From Thermoplasmata archaeon (GTDB taxonomy: Archaea; Thermoplasmatota; Thermoplasmata; Lutacidiplasmatales; UBA184), in NCBI GenBank assembly GCA_052326305.1, contig JBKQPJ010000014.1:9006-73005 (forward strand): a DNA stretch of 64,000 bases. The letters run 5' to 3'. Positions 43,196 to 52,590 of this stretch are shown piece after piece. The number at the start of each line of letters is the position of its first letter. Position 1 is the first letter of the stretch. The position numbers and the translations under genes are program-made. Below the pieces are notes generated by a model that saw only the letters and a list, made by a program, of their open reading frames with translations, did not search any database and was not told the origin of the DNA.

Positions 43196-44242
43196 ATGCA
43201 GATCCTCCGGAGCAAGGCACCGCTTAGGATCAGCTTCGCCGGCGGAGGGACGGACGTCTCGCCGTACCCCGAGGAGAAGGGGGGCGCCGTGCTCAACTGC
43301 ACGATCGACAAGTACGCCTACGCGACCCTCGAGGCGATCCCGGACGGGCTCGGGAAGATGTCGGTCGAGTCGCTCGACTACAACGTCGTCGTCAACTACC
43401 AGAAGCAGGCCGACCTCGTCTACAACGGCGAGCTTGACCTCGTGAAGGCCGCTATCAAGGTGCTTCGCAAGCCGGACGGATCCAAGCGAGAGCTCGACAC
43501 CCTGCGCCTCTTCCTTCACTCCGACGCGCCCGGTGGAACGGGGCTGGGGAGCTCGTCGACGATGTGCGTGGCCCTCGTCGGGGCGTTCCAGCACTACCTC
43601 AAGGAGCCCTGGACGTCGTACGACGTCGCCGAGATGGCGTATCACATCGAGCGAGAAGAGCTCGGCTTCAAGGGCGGCCGCCAGGACATGTACGCCGCGG
43701 CGTTCGGAGGCTTCAACTTCATGGAGTTCAACGGTCGCCGCTCCGTGGTCAACCAGCTCAAGATCCGCCCCGAGGTCGCCAACGAGCTTGCGTACCGCCT
43801 TCTCCTCTGCTACACCGGGACGGGGCACTTCTCGAACGACATCATCGAGCGCCAGCAGCAGAGCTACAGCGACAAGCGGAGCGGTACGGTGGACGCGCTG
43901 GACGCGACGAAGCAGCTCGCGATCGACATGAAGAACGAGCTGCTCCGCGGTAACATCGACGAGATGGGCCGGCTCCTCGACCAGGGGTGGCAGCTGAAGA
44001 AGAAGTTCACCGAAGGGATCTCGAACGATCGCATCGATGCCCTGTACACGCACGCGAAAGAGGCCGGAGCGCTCGGAGGGAAGCTCACGGGCGCTGGGGG
44101 CGGGGGGTACCTGCTCCTCTTCTGTGACTTCGCGCGTCGCGCCCAGGTCGCGAAATCGATCCAGAGCCTCGGGGGCCGCGTGGAGGACTTCTCGCTCGAG
44201 CCGCTCGGCCTACAGACCTGGTCGGTGCGTTTGGCCGCGTGA
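43196..44242 (+). CDS. GHMP-family sugar kinase (HddA/fucokinase-like)
   Basis: APLRISFAGGGTD, the GHMP motif DAPGGTGLGSSSTMCVAL, and the C-terminal GGKLTGAGGGGYLL are present. ATG 43196 is preceded by GGAGG. Confidence 0.85.
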   Translation: MQILRSKAPLRISFAGGGTDVSPYPEEKGGAVLNCTIDKYAYATLEAIPDGLGKMSVESLDYNVVVNYQKQADLVYNGELDLVKAAIKVLRKPDGSKRELDTLRLFLHSDAPGGTGLGSSSTMCVALVGAFQHYLKEPWTSYDVAEMAYHIEREELGFKGGRQDMYAAAFGGFNFMEFNGRRSVVNQLKIRPEVANELAYRLLLCYTGTGHFSNDIIERQQQSYSDKRSGTVDALDATKQLAIDMKNELLRGNIDEMGRLLDQGWQLKKKFTEGISNDRIDALYTHAKEAGALGGKLTGAGGGGYLLLFCDFARRAQVAKSIQSLGGRVEDFSLEPLGLQTWSVRLAA

Positions 44243-44257
44243 ACCCGGGACGCTCCG

Positions 44258-45049
44258 ATGTCCGAGGCGGAGCGCTCGGAGACCGGGACGGCGCCCGCGG
44301 TCCCCGGCTTGTCGATCGTGCTCGTCACCTACAACGAACGGCCGAACCTGCCGGAACTGGTCGAGCGCTTGCGAGCGGTCTCCCTCCCTGCGTGGGAGGC
44401 GATCGTGGTCGATGACGGGAGCACCGACGGAACCCGCGAGTTCGTAGAGGAGGTCGCGGCCACCGATCCCCGGTTCCGCTTCTTCTACCATGACGGCAAG
44501 CAGACGACCGTCCGGGCCCAGAGCCAGGGGATCCTCGCGGCCCGGGGACGTTTCGTGGCGGTGCTCGACGCCGACCTGCAGCACCCCCCCGAGCTGCTCC
44601 CCGGGATGATCTCCGCGCTGGAACGCGGGTCGTCCCTCGTCGTGGCGAGCCGGTACCTGCCGGGCGGCTCCCCGGGGGCCCGGACCGCTCTTCGGGGTTT
44701 CATTTCCCGGGCGGCCGACGCGATCGCACGGGCGATGCTTTCGGAGGCACGACGCGTCACCGATCCCGTCTCCGGCTTCTTTGCCTTCCGCCGGGAGGTG
44801 TTCCTCCCCCTCGACCCGGGGTTCCGGGGCTACAAACTGCTCCTGTTCCTGTTGGTGATGACCCGGGGCCAGCCGGTGTCGGAGGTACCGTTCCGCTTCG
44901 AGCCGAGGACCGCCGGCGCGAGCAAGGTCGTCGGCGGCCTCGGCTTCGTCCGGGTCTTCCTGACGGAGGTCCTGATGGCCAAACGGATCGAGTTCGCGCT
45001 GCAGCGGGGAAAGGGGCCACCCGCGCTCGCCCGCGAAACCGACGCCTAG
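44258..45049 (+). CDS. GT2 glycosyltransferase (dolichyl-phosphate mannose synthase-like)
   Basis: LSIVLVTYNERPNL, VVDDGSTDGT and VLDADLQHPPE are typical of the DPM1-like GT2 family. Confidence 0.85.
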   Translation: MSEAERSETGTAPAVPGLSIVLVTYNERPNLPELVERLRAVSLPAWEAIVVDDGSTDGTREFVEEVAATDPRFRFFYHDGKQTTVRAQSQGILAARGRFVAVLDADLQHPPELLPGMISALERGSSLVVASRYLPGGSPGARTALRGFISRAADAIARAMLSEARRVTDPVSGFFAFRREVFLPLDPGFRGYKLLLFLLVMTRGQPVSEVPFRFEPRTAGASKVVGGLGFVRVFLTEVLMAKRIEFALQRGKGPPALARETDA

Positions 45050-45153
45050 GCACCGTCCCGCACGGGGAGCACGACGGCGATCCCTGCCCTGGAGCGCTAG
45101 GAGGAAGTGGCCCGGATTGCCTGGGTCACGTCTCGGAATATCTTCGCCCGAGG

Positions 45154-45160
45154 TTTATCT
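45154..45160 (+). promoter_or_regulatory. TATA-like box (TTTATCT) 30 nt upstream of ATG 45184
   Basis: AT-rich element in a GC-rich spacer at leaderless spacing. Confidence 0.4.
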
Positions 45161-45183
45161 GCTGGCCGGACGCAGTGGGACCG

Positions 45184-46911
45184 ATGACGCGCCGGCGAGT
45201 GACCCTCGGCGTTCTCCTGGTCCTTGCGCTCGCAGTGGGTGCGTGGACCTTCGGGGGGATCGGCTACCGGACCCCGGCCACGATCGAACGGGCCGGGGAC
45301 GCGTCGATCGAGGGGAGCGTGCGGCTCGCCCCGACGGTCGCTGTCCCCCTCCTCACCACCGTGGAGAGCGTGGAGCTCGGGAACTCGACTCACGGAAACT
45401 CCCCGGACCCGCCGGTCTACGACAGCCAGAACGGCTTCGTCTATATCCCGAACTTCAACACGCGAAACCTCACCGTGGTCCACGGGCTATCGATCGTCGC
45501 CTCCGTCGTCGTCGCCGGGAACCCCACCTCGGCCCTCTTCGACCCGGACAACGGCTTCGTCTACGTCGCCATGGACAATGCGAGCGCCGGCAATGGGAGC
45601 GCGTTGGCCGTGGTCAACGGAACCTCGGTGATCGCGGAGATCCCTACCGGCAACTGCTCGGGCCCCGTGGTCTACGATCCGAGCAACGGTTACGTGTACG
45701 CGGCGGACGAATGCGTTCCCAACGCCACGGTCGTCCACGGGACGTCCGTGGTGGCCCACATCGGCCTGCCGGCGGCGGGCGCCACGCGGTTCGGCTGGGG
45801 AGCTTCGTACGATCCGGGCAATGGGTACGTCTACTTCTCGGACGGCGAGAAGGGCGTGCTCTACGCGGTCAACGGCACCTCCTACGTAGGCTCCGTGACG
45901 ACCGGGGGCTGGCCGATCGGTGGTACCTTCGACCCCAACGACGGGTTGTTCTACGTCACGGACACCTCGACGGGGAACCTGAGCGTGCTCCGGGGCCTCA
46001 CGATCGTGGCCACGTTGTCGTTCGGCGGAACCCAGTACGCCGATGGGACCGCGAATCGGGGAACGTTCGACAGCGCCAACGGCCTGCTGTACGTGCCGTT
46101 CTTCCAAGGGGGCCTCTCGGGCAATGCCACGGTCGCGGTCTTCAACGGGACCTCCGAGCTCACGACCCTCAACGTAGGCCCCCTGATCTCGGGCTCGACG
46201 ACCTACGCCCAGTACGGGAACGACACCGGGTTCATCTACGAGAACTCCGGGGAGTCGTTGAATGGGGGTCTCGGTGCCGGGACGCTGACGGCGATCGGCG
46301 GTACGACGATCCTGGGTTCCCTGAACTACTCGAGCGAGCCCGCGGGTTCGGTCTACGATCCGGTGAACGGGCTGGTCTACCTGGCGACCCGCACGCCGTC
46401 GAACCTCGCCACGGGGCTGATCACCGACTTCCTCTACATCGTGGCCTGTAACTCCTGCAACGCGGTCACCGTCACCGAGTCCGGTGTGGCGGACGGCGCG
46501 AGCTGGGGGGTCCAGGTCTCGAACTCGTCCTCTCAGTACGCCGCGACCGCGAACGCCGTTGCCCCCTCCCCGGTCACGCTGCGTCTCCTCGACGGCACTT
46601 ACTCGCTCCGGATCGTTGCCCCGGGAGGAGCGTCGATCCAGGTGGCCTCCGCGAACGCCGACTACAACCAGACCTCAGGAACGATCCGGGTCGGGGTCGT
46701 GCCCCCACCGCCCCCCGGCGGAGGAGGCGGTCCCGGATCCTTCTCTTCGCTGCCCTGGCCGCTCTTCGGGATCTTCGCGGGCCTGGCCGGGGCGGTGGTG
46801 GTGGCCGTCGCCATCATCCGCCGGGATCGCCTGCGGTCCGAGGGCGAGGAGCTCGTCGAGGGGATGCGCAACGTGATCTCGGAAGGAGCGGGTCCGCGCA
46901 AACCGGCCTAG
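45184..46911 (+). CDS. YVTN-family beta-propeller surface protein with N-terminal anchor/signal, beta-sandwich domain and C-terminal TM anchor
   Basis: The signal is MTRRRVTLGVLLVLALAVGAW. Repeats are of the YD..NG.VYV type. VTVTESGVADGASWGV, a Pro/Gly linker and the TM segment LFGIFAGLAGAVVVAVAIIRR follow. Confidence 0.85.
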   Translation: MTRRRVTLGVLLVLALAVGAWTFGGIGYRTPATIERAGDASIEGSVRLAPTVAVPLLTTVESVELGNSTHGNSPDPPVYDSQNGFVYIPNFNTRNLTVVHGLSIVASVVVAGNPTSALFDPDNGFVYVAMDNASAGNGSALAVVNGTSVIAEIPTGNCSGPVVYDPSNGYVYAADECVPNATVVHGTSVVAHIGLPAAGATRFGWGASYDPGNGYVYFSDGEKGVLYAVNGTSYVGSVTTGGWPIGGTFDPNDGLFYVTDTSTGNLSVLRGLTIVATLSFGGTQYADGTANRGTFDSANGLLYVPFFQGGLSGNATVAVFNGTSELTTLNVGPLISGSTTYAQYGNDTGFIYENSGESLNGGLGAGTLTAIGGTTILGSLNYSSEPAGSVYDPVNGLVYLATRTPSNLATGLITDFLYIVACNSCNAVTVTESGVADGASWGVQVSNSSSQYAATANAVAPSPVTLRLLDGTYSLRIVAPGGASIQVASANADYNQTSGTIRVGVVPPPPPGGGGGPGSFSSLPWPLFGIFAGLAGAVVVAVAIIRRDRLRSEGEELVEGMRNVISEGAGPRKPA

Positions 46912-46914
46912 GTG

Positions 46915-47358
46915 ATGGGGCACGACCCGTCCTTTGCGGGCACCGGGCGTCCGTCGACGGGGCTCGACCCACCGGAATACTCCTCGACTCACCTGCCGGC
47001 ATGGGAACCGCCGCCGTCGGTCCCTCGCGGGATCCCCGGTTCGAAGGAGGATGGAGTTCGGCTGGCGCTTCGTATCGTCGTCCACCTGGGTTGGGTCGGA
47101 GCCCCACGGGACGACGGAGGGGCCCTTCCGGCATCGACCCAGCAGGGAATGGCGGCGTCGCTCGGGGCCACTCAGGGGGCGGTGTCGAAGGTCCTCGCTC
47201 GCCTGCAAGCGGTGGGCGTGGTCGGCCGGGAACGACGTCATGTTCAGGGAAAGGATCGAAGGGTCCGCGTCTACTCGCTCACCCCGAAGGGCGAGGAGCT
47301 GGCGAAGGCGATCCGGGATCGGTTCCGGCTTCCCGACCTTCCGCGTTACCGGGCCTAG
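46915..47358 (+). CDS. MarR/PadR-like winged-helix transcription regulator
   Basis: QQGMAASLGATQGAVSKVLARLQAVGVVGRERRHVQGKDRRVRVYSLTPKGEELA is a wHTH with wing. The N-terminal ~60 aa are of uncertain validity. Confidence 0.65.
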   Translation: MGHDPSFAGTGRPSTGLDPPEYSSTHLPAWEPPPSVPRGIPGSKEDGVRLALRIVVHLGWVGAPRDDGGALPASTQQGMAASLGATQGAVSKVLARLQAVGVVGRERRHVQGKDRRVRVYSLTPKGEELAKAIRDRFRLPDLPRYRA

Positions 47359-47450
47359 TCGCGAAGGGGATGCTCATCGACCCGGCCGTCGCCCGCCCGC
47401 GGGGTCGTCCCTACCTAGCAGCTCATGAAGGGGGGACCCTCGGGGGACCG

Positions 47451-47894
47451 ATGCTCGCCATCGCAGATGTGGCCGTGGTCGTCTCGAACGCGAAGGCGTC
47501 CGCCAAGTGGTGGAAGAAGAACCTCGGGTTCGAAACCTACACCGTCGGAGGCACGGGACACGCGCTCATGATCGCCCCGCCCGGAGACCGCTTTGTCCTC
47601 CATCTGTGCGAGGGGTTCGCCCCGTTAGAGCCCGGGGACAGTGGGATCGCCTTCGTGACGGACACGATGGATGCCACCGTCGCCCGCATGGTCAAAGGAG
47701 CGGTGAAGTTCCCCGTGCCGCCCAAGAAGGAGGCCTGGGGAACGATGGCCAAGTTCGCCGACCCCGATGGGAACATCTTCTGGCTCTTCGAGATGCCTAC
47801 CTCCATGGTCCGGGCGACGCTGAACTCTCGGGCCCCCACGAAGAAGCGAACTTCGGGATCCGTTCGCGGTCGTCCCCGAAAGCGACCGAAGTAG
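47451..47894 (+). CDS. VOC (glyoxalase/bleomycin-resistance) family protein with basic tail
   Basis: VVVSNAKASAKWWKKNLGF and FADPDGNIFWLFE are present. ATG 47451 lies within the longer ORF 47001-47894. Confidence 0.75.
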   Translation: MLAIADVAVVVSNAKASAKWWKKNLGFETYTVGGTGHALMIAPPGDRFVLHLCEGFAPLEPGDSGIAFVTDTMDATVARMVKGAVKFPVPPKKEAWGTMAKFADPDGNIFWLFEMPTSMVRATLNSRAPTKKRTSGSVRGRPRKRPK

Positions 47895-48000
47895 TGAACG
47901 TGCCCCCGCCCGTACGGGGGCTCGGGATGCGGGGAGCGACCCGAGGGGTTAAGTTCCCGAGTTCCCACCTCCGATTCGGGCCCGCGGGGAGTCCGATTCG

Positions 48001-49506
48001 ATGGCAGGAACGACCCAGCCCAAGCCCGACATCCTCCTCATCGTTCTCGACTGCGTCCGCTCGGACCTGTTCAACGCCGAGGTCGCCCGCGCGGAGGCGA
48101 TGCCGTTCCTCCATTCGATGCGCAGCCAGGTGCTCGAGTTCCCCGGAACGGTGAGCCCGGCAAGCTGGACGATCCCGGGCCACGCGAGCCTCTTCACGGG
48201 CCTCTATCCGTGGGACCACGGGGCGCACTTCCGCCTCGGCCCCATCCTTACCCCGGGGCCCGAGACGCTCGGCGAGTTCCTGCAGAAGGAAGGATACGCC
48301 ACGTCGCTCTACTCCGCGAACGCCTACGTGCAGGTCTCCACGGGGCTCACGCGCGGCTTCGACGAGGCCCTCTGGGGCAGCGCCCGCGAGCTGTTCCTGA
48401 GGTTCCTCTCGATCCAGAACCCGTCCTGCCCGAACCTCGGGGGCCCCGCCCTGGCATTCCTTCCCTCTTCCCCGGACAAGGCCCCCCCGTCCCCCCTCCG
48501 CGATTTCGCCCTGAAGGCCCTTTCCTGGACGCCGTCGGTCTGGGACGGCATGAACCGCGTCGGCGGGAAGGTGCTCGGCACGTACGACCGGGACATGCAG
48601 TCCGTGAGCCCGTGGATCGAGGCGAAGCTCGACAAGTGGCTCGCCCGCCAACGGACCGACCAGCCGGTATTCTCGTTCGTGAACCTCTTCGAGGCGCACG
48701 CCCCGTACCTCGCGGAGGCGGGTCTCCCCGTCGGACTCGCTCGTTGGCTCTCTTACGCCACCTTCGCGCAGGACCACGCCCGCTGGGTCACGGAGCAGTG
48801 GAAGCCGAGCCCGAGGGAGGTCGAGATCCTGAGGACGGCCTACATCAAGTCGCTGCACGTCCTCGACCGACGAGTGAAGCAGGTCGTCGAACGATTCCGC
48901 GCCCACCGGGACTGGGAGAACACGCTGTTCGTCCTCACGAGCGACCACGGCCACGCGTTCCTCGAGCAGGAGATCCTCTACCACCGGTTCCGCGTCGACG
49001 AGCCGATCTCCCGGATCCCGCTCTGGGTCCGTCCCCCGGGTGGCAAGATGACCGGGGTCCGCTCGGACGAGTGGGCGAGCCTCATCGACGTTCCGCGGAC
49101 GATCGCCCACATGCTGGGGCGGGAGACGTTCGGCGACCCGAGCTCCCGCGACCTGTTTGCCCCGGTCCCCTCCCCCGACCCCCGGACCGTCTACTGCATG
49201 ACCGATGGGATCCCCGACAAGGAAGCTCCCGGCATGTCCCCGCAACGCCGCGAGTTCCTCAACTGGCTCGGCGTCGCCGCCTATCGGGGCGACACGAAGG
49301 CGATCGCCGGGGAACGGGCCGAGACAGAGGTCTTCCGGGTCTCCCCCGCGGACGCGCCCCACTCCCCGGCCCTTGCGCCGAAGGGGGGCCCCTCCGCCGA
49401 GGTCGCCGAGCTGGCCCGGCAGGCGTTCGAGCTCGCGGCCCAGCGGATCGCCTCGAAGCAGTTCCACGGGGACGTCGAACAGCGCCTCGCTGGCTGGGGT
49501 TATTGA
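48001..49506 (+). CDS. Sulfatase-like hydrolase/transferase (alkaline phosphatase superfamily), Thr-type nucleophile region
   Basis: PDILLIVLDCVRSD is the metal-binding start. WTIPGHASLFTGLYPWDHG aligns with the sulfatase C-x-P-x-R...TG block but reads T-x-P-x-H. LTSDHGH is also present. Confidence 0.75.
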   Translation: MAGTTQPKPDILLIVLDCVRSDLFNAEVARAEAMPFLHSMRSQVLEFPGTVSPASWTIPGHASLFTGLYPWDHGAHFRLGPILTPGPETLGEFLQKEGYATSLYSANAYVQVSTGLTRGFDEALWGSARELFLRFLSIQNPSCPNLGGPALAFLPSSPDKAPPSPLRDFALKALSWTPSVWDGMNRVGGKVLGTYDRDMQSVSPWIEAKLDKWLARQRTDQPVFSFVNLFEAHAPYLAEAGLPVGLARWLSYATFAQDHARWVTEQWKPSPREVEILRTAYIKSLHVLDRRVKQVVERFRAHRDWENTLFVLTSDHGHAFLEQEILYHRFRVDEPISRIPLWVRPPGGKMTGVRSDEWASLIDVPRTIAHMLGRETFGDPSSRDLFAPVPSPDPRTVYCMTDGIPDKEAPGMSPQRREFLNWLGVAAYRGDTKAIAGERAETEVFRVSPADAPHSPALAPKGGPSAEVAELARQAFELAAQRIASKQFHGDVEQRLAGWGY

Positions 49507-49543
49507 GAACCTGTCCGCAATCTAGACTCTTGGGAACGTCTCT

Positions 49544-50512
49544 ATGAAGATACTCATCACGGGAGCCTCGGGGTTCATCGGCCGGTACCTGAGCTCCTAT
49601 GCCGCCGAGAAGGGGCACGAGGTCGTCGGGACGTACCTCTCGGCGTCCGATCTGACCACCCGCACCCCCCTGGATCCCCGGATCACGTGGGTGTCGCTCG
49701 ACATCCAAAAAAACGACGAGGTCAAGGAGCTGGTCATGGAGGCGCGGCCCGACGCCGTCTTCCACCTCGCGGCTCAGGCGTACGCCCAGATCGCTTGGAA
49801 GGACCCTCTCGACACGTTCGATACGAACGCTCTGGGAACGATCCGCCTCTATGAGGCGCTCCGGAGCGCTCCGCCGTCGCGAGGGGTACTCCTGACGGCA
49901 TCCGCTTCGGCGTACGGGGCCCCCCCAACGCTCCCCGTCTCCGAGGAGGCGCCGTTCCGGCCCACGAACCCGTACGGTGTCTCCAAGGCGAGCCAGGAGC
50001 TCATCTCGACCCAGTACGCCTCCAACTTCGGGCTGCGCATCGTCCGGGCGAGGCTTTTCGGGACGACGGGTCCGGGGAAGACTGGCGACGCGCTGAACGA
50101 CTTCGCCCGCCAGGTGGCGCTGCTCGAACGGACCGGGAAGCCGGCCGAACTGAAGGTCGGCAGCCTCGACAAGCGCCGCGACATCTCGGACATCCGGGAC
50201 TCCGTGCAGGCGCTCTGGACGGTCTTCGAGAAAGGCACCCCGGAACAGGCGGTCAACGTTGGGGCGGGACAGAGCTACTCGATCCAACACATCGTCGACG
50301 AACTGGTGCGTCTCTCGCGGGTCCCCATCACGGTCGTGAAGGACCCAGCCTTGCTCCGCCCCACGGACGAGCCGGACAATCGAGCAGATATCTCCCGGTT
50401 GAGGGCCCTCGGGTACTCCCCCCGGATCCGATTTGAGGACACGATCCGGGACGCGTTGAACTACTGGAGGGACGACAGAGAGCTCGGGACCGAAGGCGCG
50501 AGTCGAACGTGA
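49544..50512 (+). CDS. NAD-dependent sugar-nucleotide epimerase/dehydratase (extended SDR)
   Basis: MKILITGASGFIGRYL, the catalytic YGVSKASQE, and the typical length of 322 aa. Confidence 0.9.
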   Translation: MKILITGASGFIGRYLSSYAAEKGHEVVGTYLSASDLTTRTPLDPRITWVSLDIQKNDEVKELVMEARPDAVFHLAAQAYAQIAWKDPLDTFDTNALGTIRLYEALRSAPPSRGVLLTASASAYGAPPTLPVSEEAPFRPTNPYGVSKASQELISTQYASNFGLRIVRARLFGTTGPGKTGDALNDFARQVALLERTGKPAELKVGSLDKRRDISDIRDSVQALWTVFEKGTPEQAVNVGAGQSYSIQHIVDELVRLSRVPITVVKDPALLRPTDEPDNRADISRLRALGYSPRIRFEDTIRDALNYWRDDRELGTEGASRT

Positions 50513-50641
50513 CACGACCCCGCCCGGACCGACATCTTGGGGACATCGGACCGTAGTGGGGTGTTATCATGCACCTGTCAGTCCCCCTCGATGGGGCCCA
50601 CGGTGTGGGTCGTGACGGAAGAATCCCGGGACTGAGCAAAG

Positions 50642-52474
50642 ATGAACGAGCAGAGTCAAAAGCGCGGACGACCATATTCTTGGCCACACCGACCCACCGC
50701 CGAGCGTGACACGGTACGTTTCCACCGGAGGCCGGACGGCTGGTCCGCGATGGCTTTCCCACTCCTCGCCGCCGGCCTGTTCCTCCTGGGAACGGTGCTG
50801 GTCCTTCCCGCCGTTTCGCCCCGCTCCACGGACTCCCCACCGATTTCCACTAGCCACTTTCTCCCGTCTGCCGGCCCCGCGCGGACGATCACTCTGAATC
50901 GCACCTCCGGTGATTCGTTCCTTTTGCTCTACGTCGACTTGATGAATTTCGTACCCTCTGGACGGGTCACGGTCAACGTCTACAATGCCAGCGTCCCGTC
51001 GTTTGCCATCGAATCCGACCCCTTCTTCTACCTGAATTCATCGGGCGGCGTGTATCAGCTGTTCACCCCGAACTTCAAGGCCAGCGTCGGCACCTACACC
51101 TTCACGGCGAACGAGTCGGGAGCGCCCAACGTCTCGGCGACGTACACGATTCACCCCAGCGCGCTCGGTGGCGGCGTGCTCACCGTCACCGCCTCGCCGG
51201 ACACTGGTTACCTCGGCTCGAGCATGACCATCACCGAGCTCGGCTTCCTCGCGGGGCAGCCGTTCAACGTGTACCTCGGCGCCCCGACGGTGCACTACGT
51301 GGAGATCGGCTCCGGTATCACGGGCGCGCCGGCCGGGATCATCATCCCGAGCCTACCCACCGGATTCTACGTCCTGTTCATCCAGGACGACTACTTTGAG
51401 TACGCCGCGACAACGGTCATCATCACGGCAGCGCCATCCACGATCGCGCTGAGCCCTCCGCAAGGGACCCCAGGGACGGTCGTGACCGCGACCATGACGG
51501 GATTCACACCTCCGGTCGAGGTCACGTTCGACAGCGCGCAGGCGTGCATCACGCCCACCCTGACCTGCACCTTCGTGGTGCCCTCCACGACACCGGGACC
51601 GCACACGGTCGCCGCCACCGACTTCGGCACGAATTTCGCGAGTACGCCCTTCACGGTTCTCGCGACTCCGGCCATCCAGTACCCGGCCTACTTCCTTGAC
51701 TTCAAGTTCCCGGTCGGGGAGGGGATCACGACCTTCCCCACGCCCTACAACGTCGCGGGGCACCACGTCTTCCTCCTGAACAACTGGACCTACAGTGACC
51801 CGAGCGCGGCGGGCTCGCTGCAGGCGACCCTGAACTACAGCGCCGACGCCGGTAATCTCCTACTTGCCGCGGCTCTCGGGGCCCATGTCCATACGGCGAA
51901 TCTCTACGGTATGAACGATACGGGCGGCACGATCCATATCTTCCTGCGCGTCACCTTCAGCAATTCGGTCCTCCGGGCCGCGCTCGCGCGCGGTCCTGCC
52001 GGGGTCAACATCGTTTCGATACGGCTGATACCGAGCACGGTGGGCTTCAATTCCCAGCCGGTGGGGCCCGCGAGCATCCCGCCGCTCAGCTACCCCAAGT
52101 ACCTGCTCACCACGAACCCGGGTAGCAACATGAATGGCAACGTGATAGTCGGCGCGTTCGAGGGATCGCTCGTCTCGGACTACACGTTGCAGTTCACGAC
52201 GACCCATGCTTGGCTGAACGTGACGTGCGCGTGGAACACGGCGAACCAGGCGATGCTGAAGGGGGCCTTCACGGGCGCCCACATCCTCTGGCTGAACCTG
52301 CGAGAGTTTGACAGCTCGAGCTCCGTCGTGCTCAACATCGGAGAGACGTACGTCCTGATATCCGCGATCTCGGAGAGAGCTGGCGGGGGAGACCTTCCGA
52401 CGTTCGTGGTCTCCTTCGAGGCCCCTGACTTTAGCGTGACCACGCCCGGGAGCACGATCTCCGTCAACCTCTGA
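50642..52474 (+). CDS. Large secreted/surface protein with Ig-like (IPT/TIG-like) repeats, sequon-rich
   Basis: The N-terminal anchor/signal is MAFPLLAAGLFLLGTVLVLPAV. Repeated beta-rich modules follow (ALSPPQGTPGTVVTATMTGF...). About 10 N-x-S/T sequons, Arg-poor composition, and locally lower GC. Confidence 0.65.
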   Translation: MNEQSQKRGRPYSWPHRPTAERDTVRFHRRPDGWSAMAFPLLAAGLFLLGTVLVLPAVSPRSTDSPPISTSHFLPSAGPARTITLNRTSGDSFLLLYVDLMNFVPSGRVTVNVYNASVPSFAIESDPFFYLNSSGGVYQLFTPNFKASVGTYTFTANESGAPNVSATYTIHPSALGGGVLTVTASPDTGYLGSSMTITELGFLAGQPFNVYLGAPTVHYVEIGSGITGAPAGIIIPSLPTGFYVLFIQDDYFEYAATTVIITAAPSTIALSPPQGTPGTVVTATMTGFTPPVEVTFDSAQACITPTLTCTFVVPSTTPGPHTVAATDFGTNFASTPFTVLATPAIQYPAYFLDFKFPVGEGITTFPTPYNVAGHHVFLLNNWTYSDPSAAGSLQATLNYSADAGNLLLAAALGAHVHTANLYGMNDTGGTIHIFLRVTFSNSVLRAALARGPAGVNIVSIRLIPSTVGFNSQPVGPASIPPLSYPKYLLTTNPGSNMNGNVIVGAFEGSLVSDYTLQFTTTHAWLNVTCAWNTANQAMLKGAFTGAHILWLNLREFDSSSSVVLNIGETYVLISAISERAGGGDLPTFVVSFEAPDFSVTTPGSTISVNL

Positions 52475-52590
52475 AACGGAGCTAAGCCGGAGAACTCTTT
52501 CCTCTCCCCTCTTGGGACGCTACCCCTGCAGGGTCTCGGACCCGGGGGGAGTCCGGCCCGGCTCCCGAGCGGGCGCCGGGGACGCGCCGC

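Noticed and set aside
47902-47921. GC hairpin (GCCCCCG-N6-CGGGGGC) just after the VOC gene stop as a terminator; similar 8-bp hairpin at 6440-6465
   Set aside because: No oligo-T tract follows either hairpin, and archaeal termination relies mainly on T-runs. Short GC stems arise easily in this base composition. Neither was listed as a feature.
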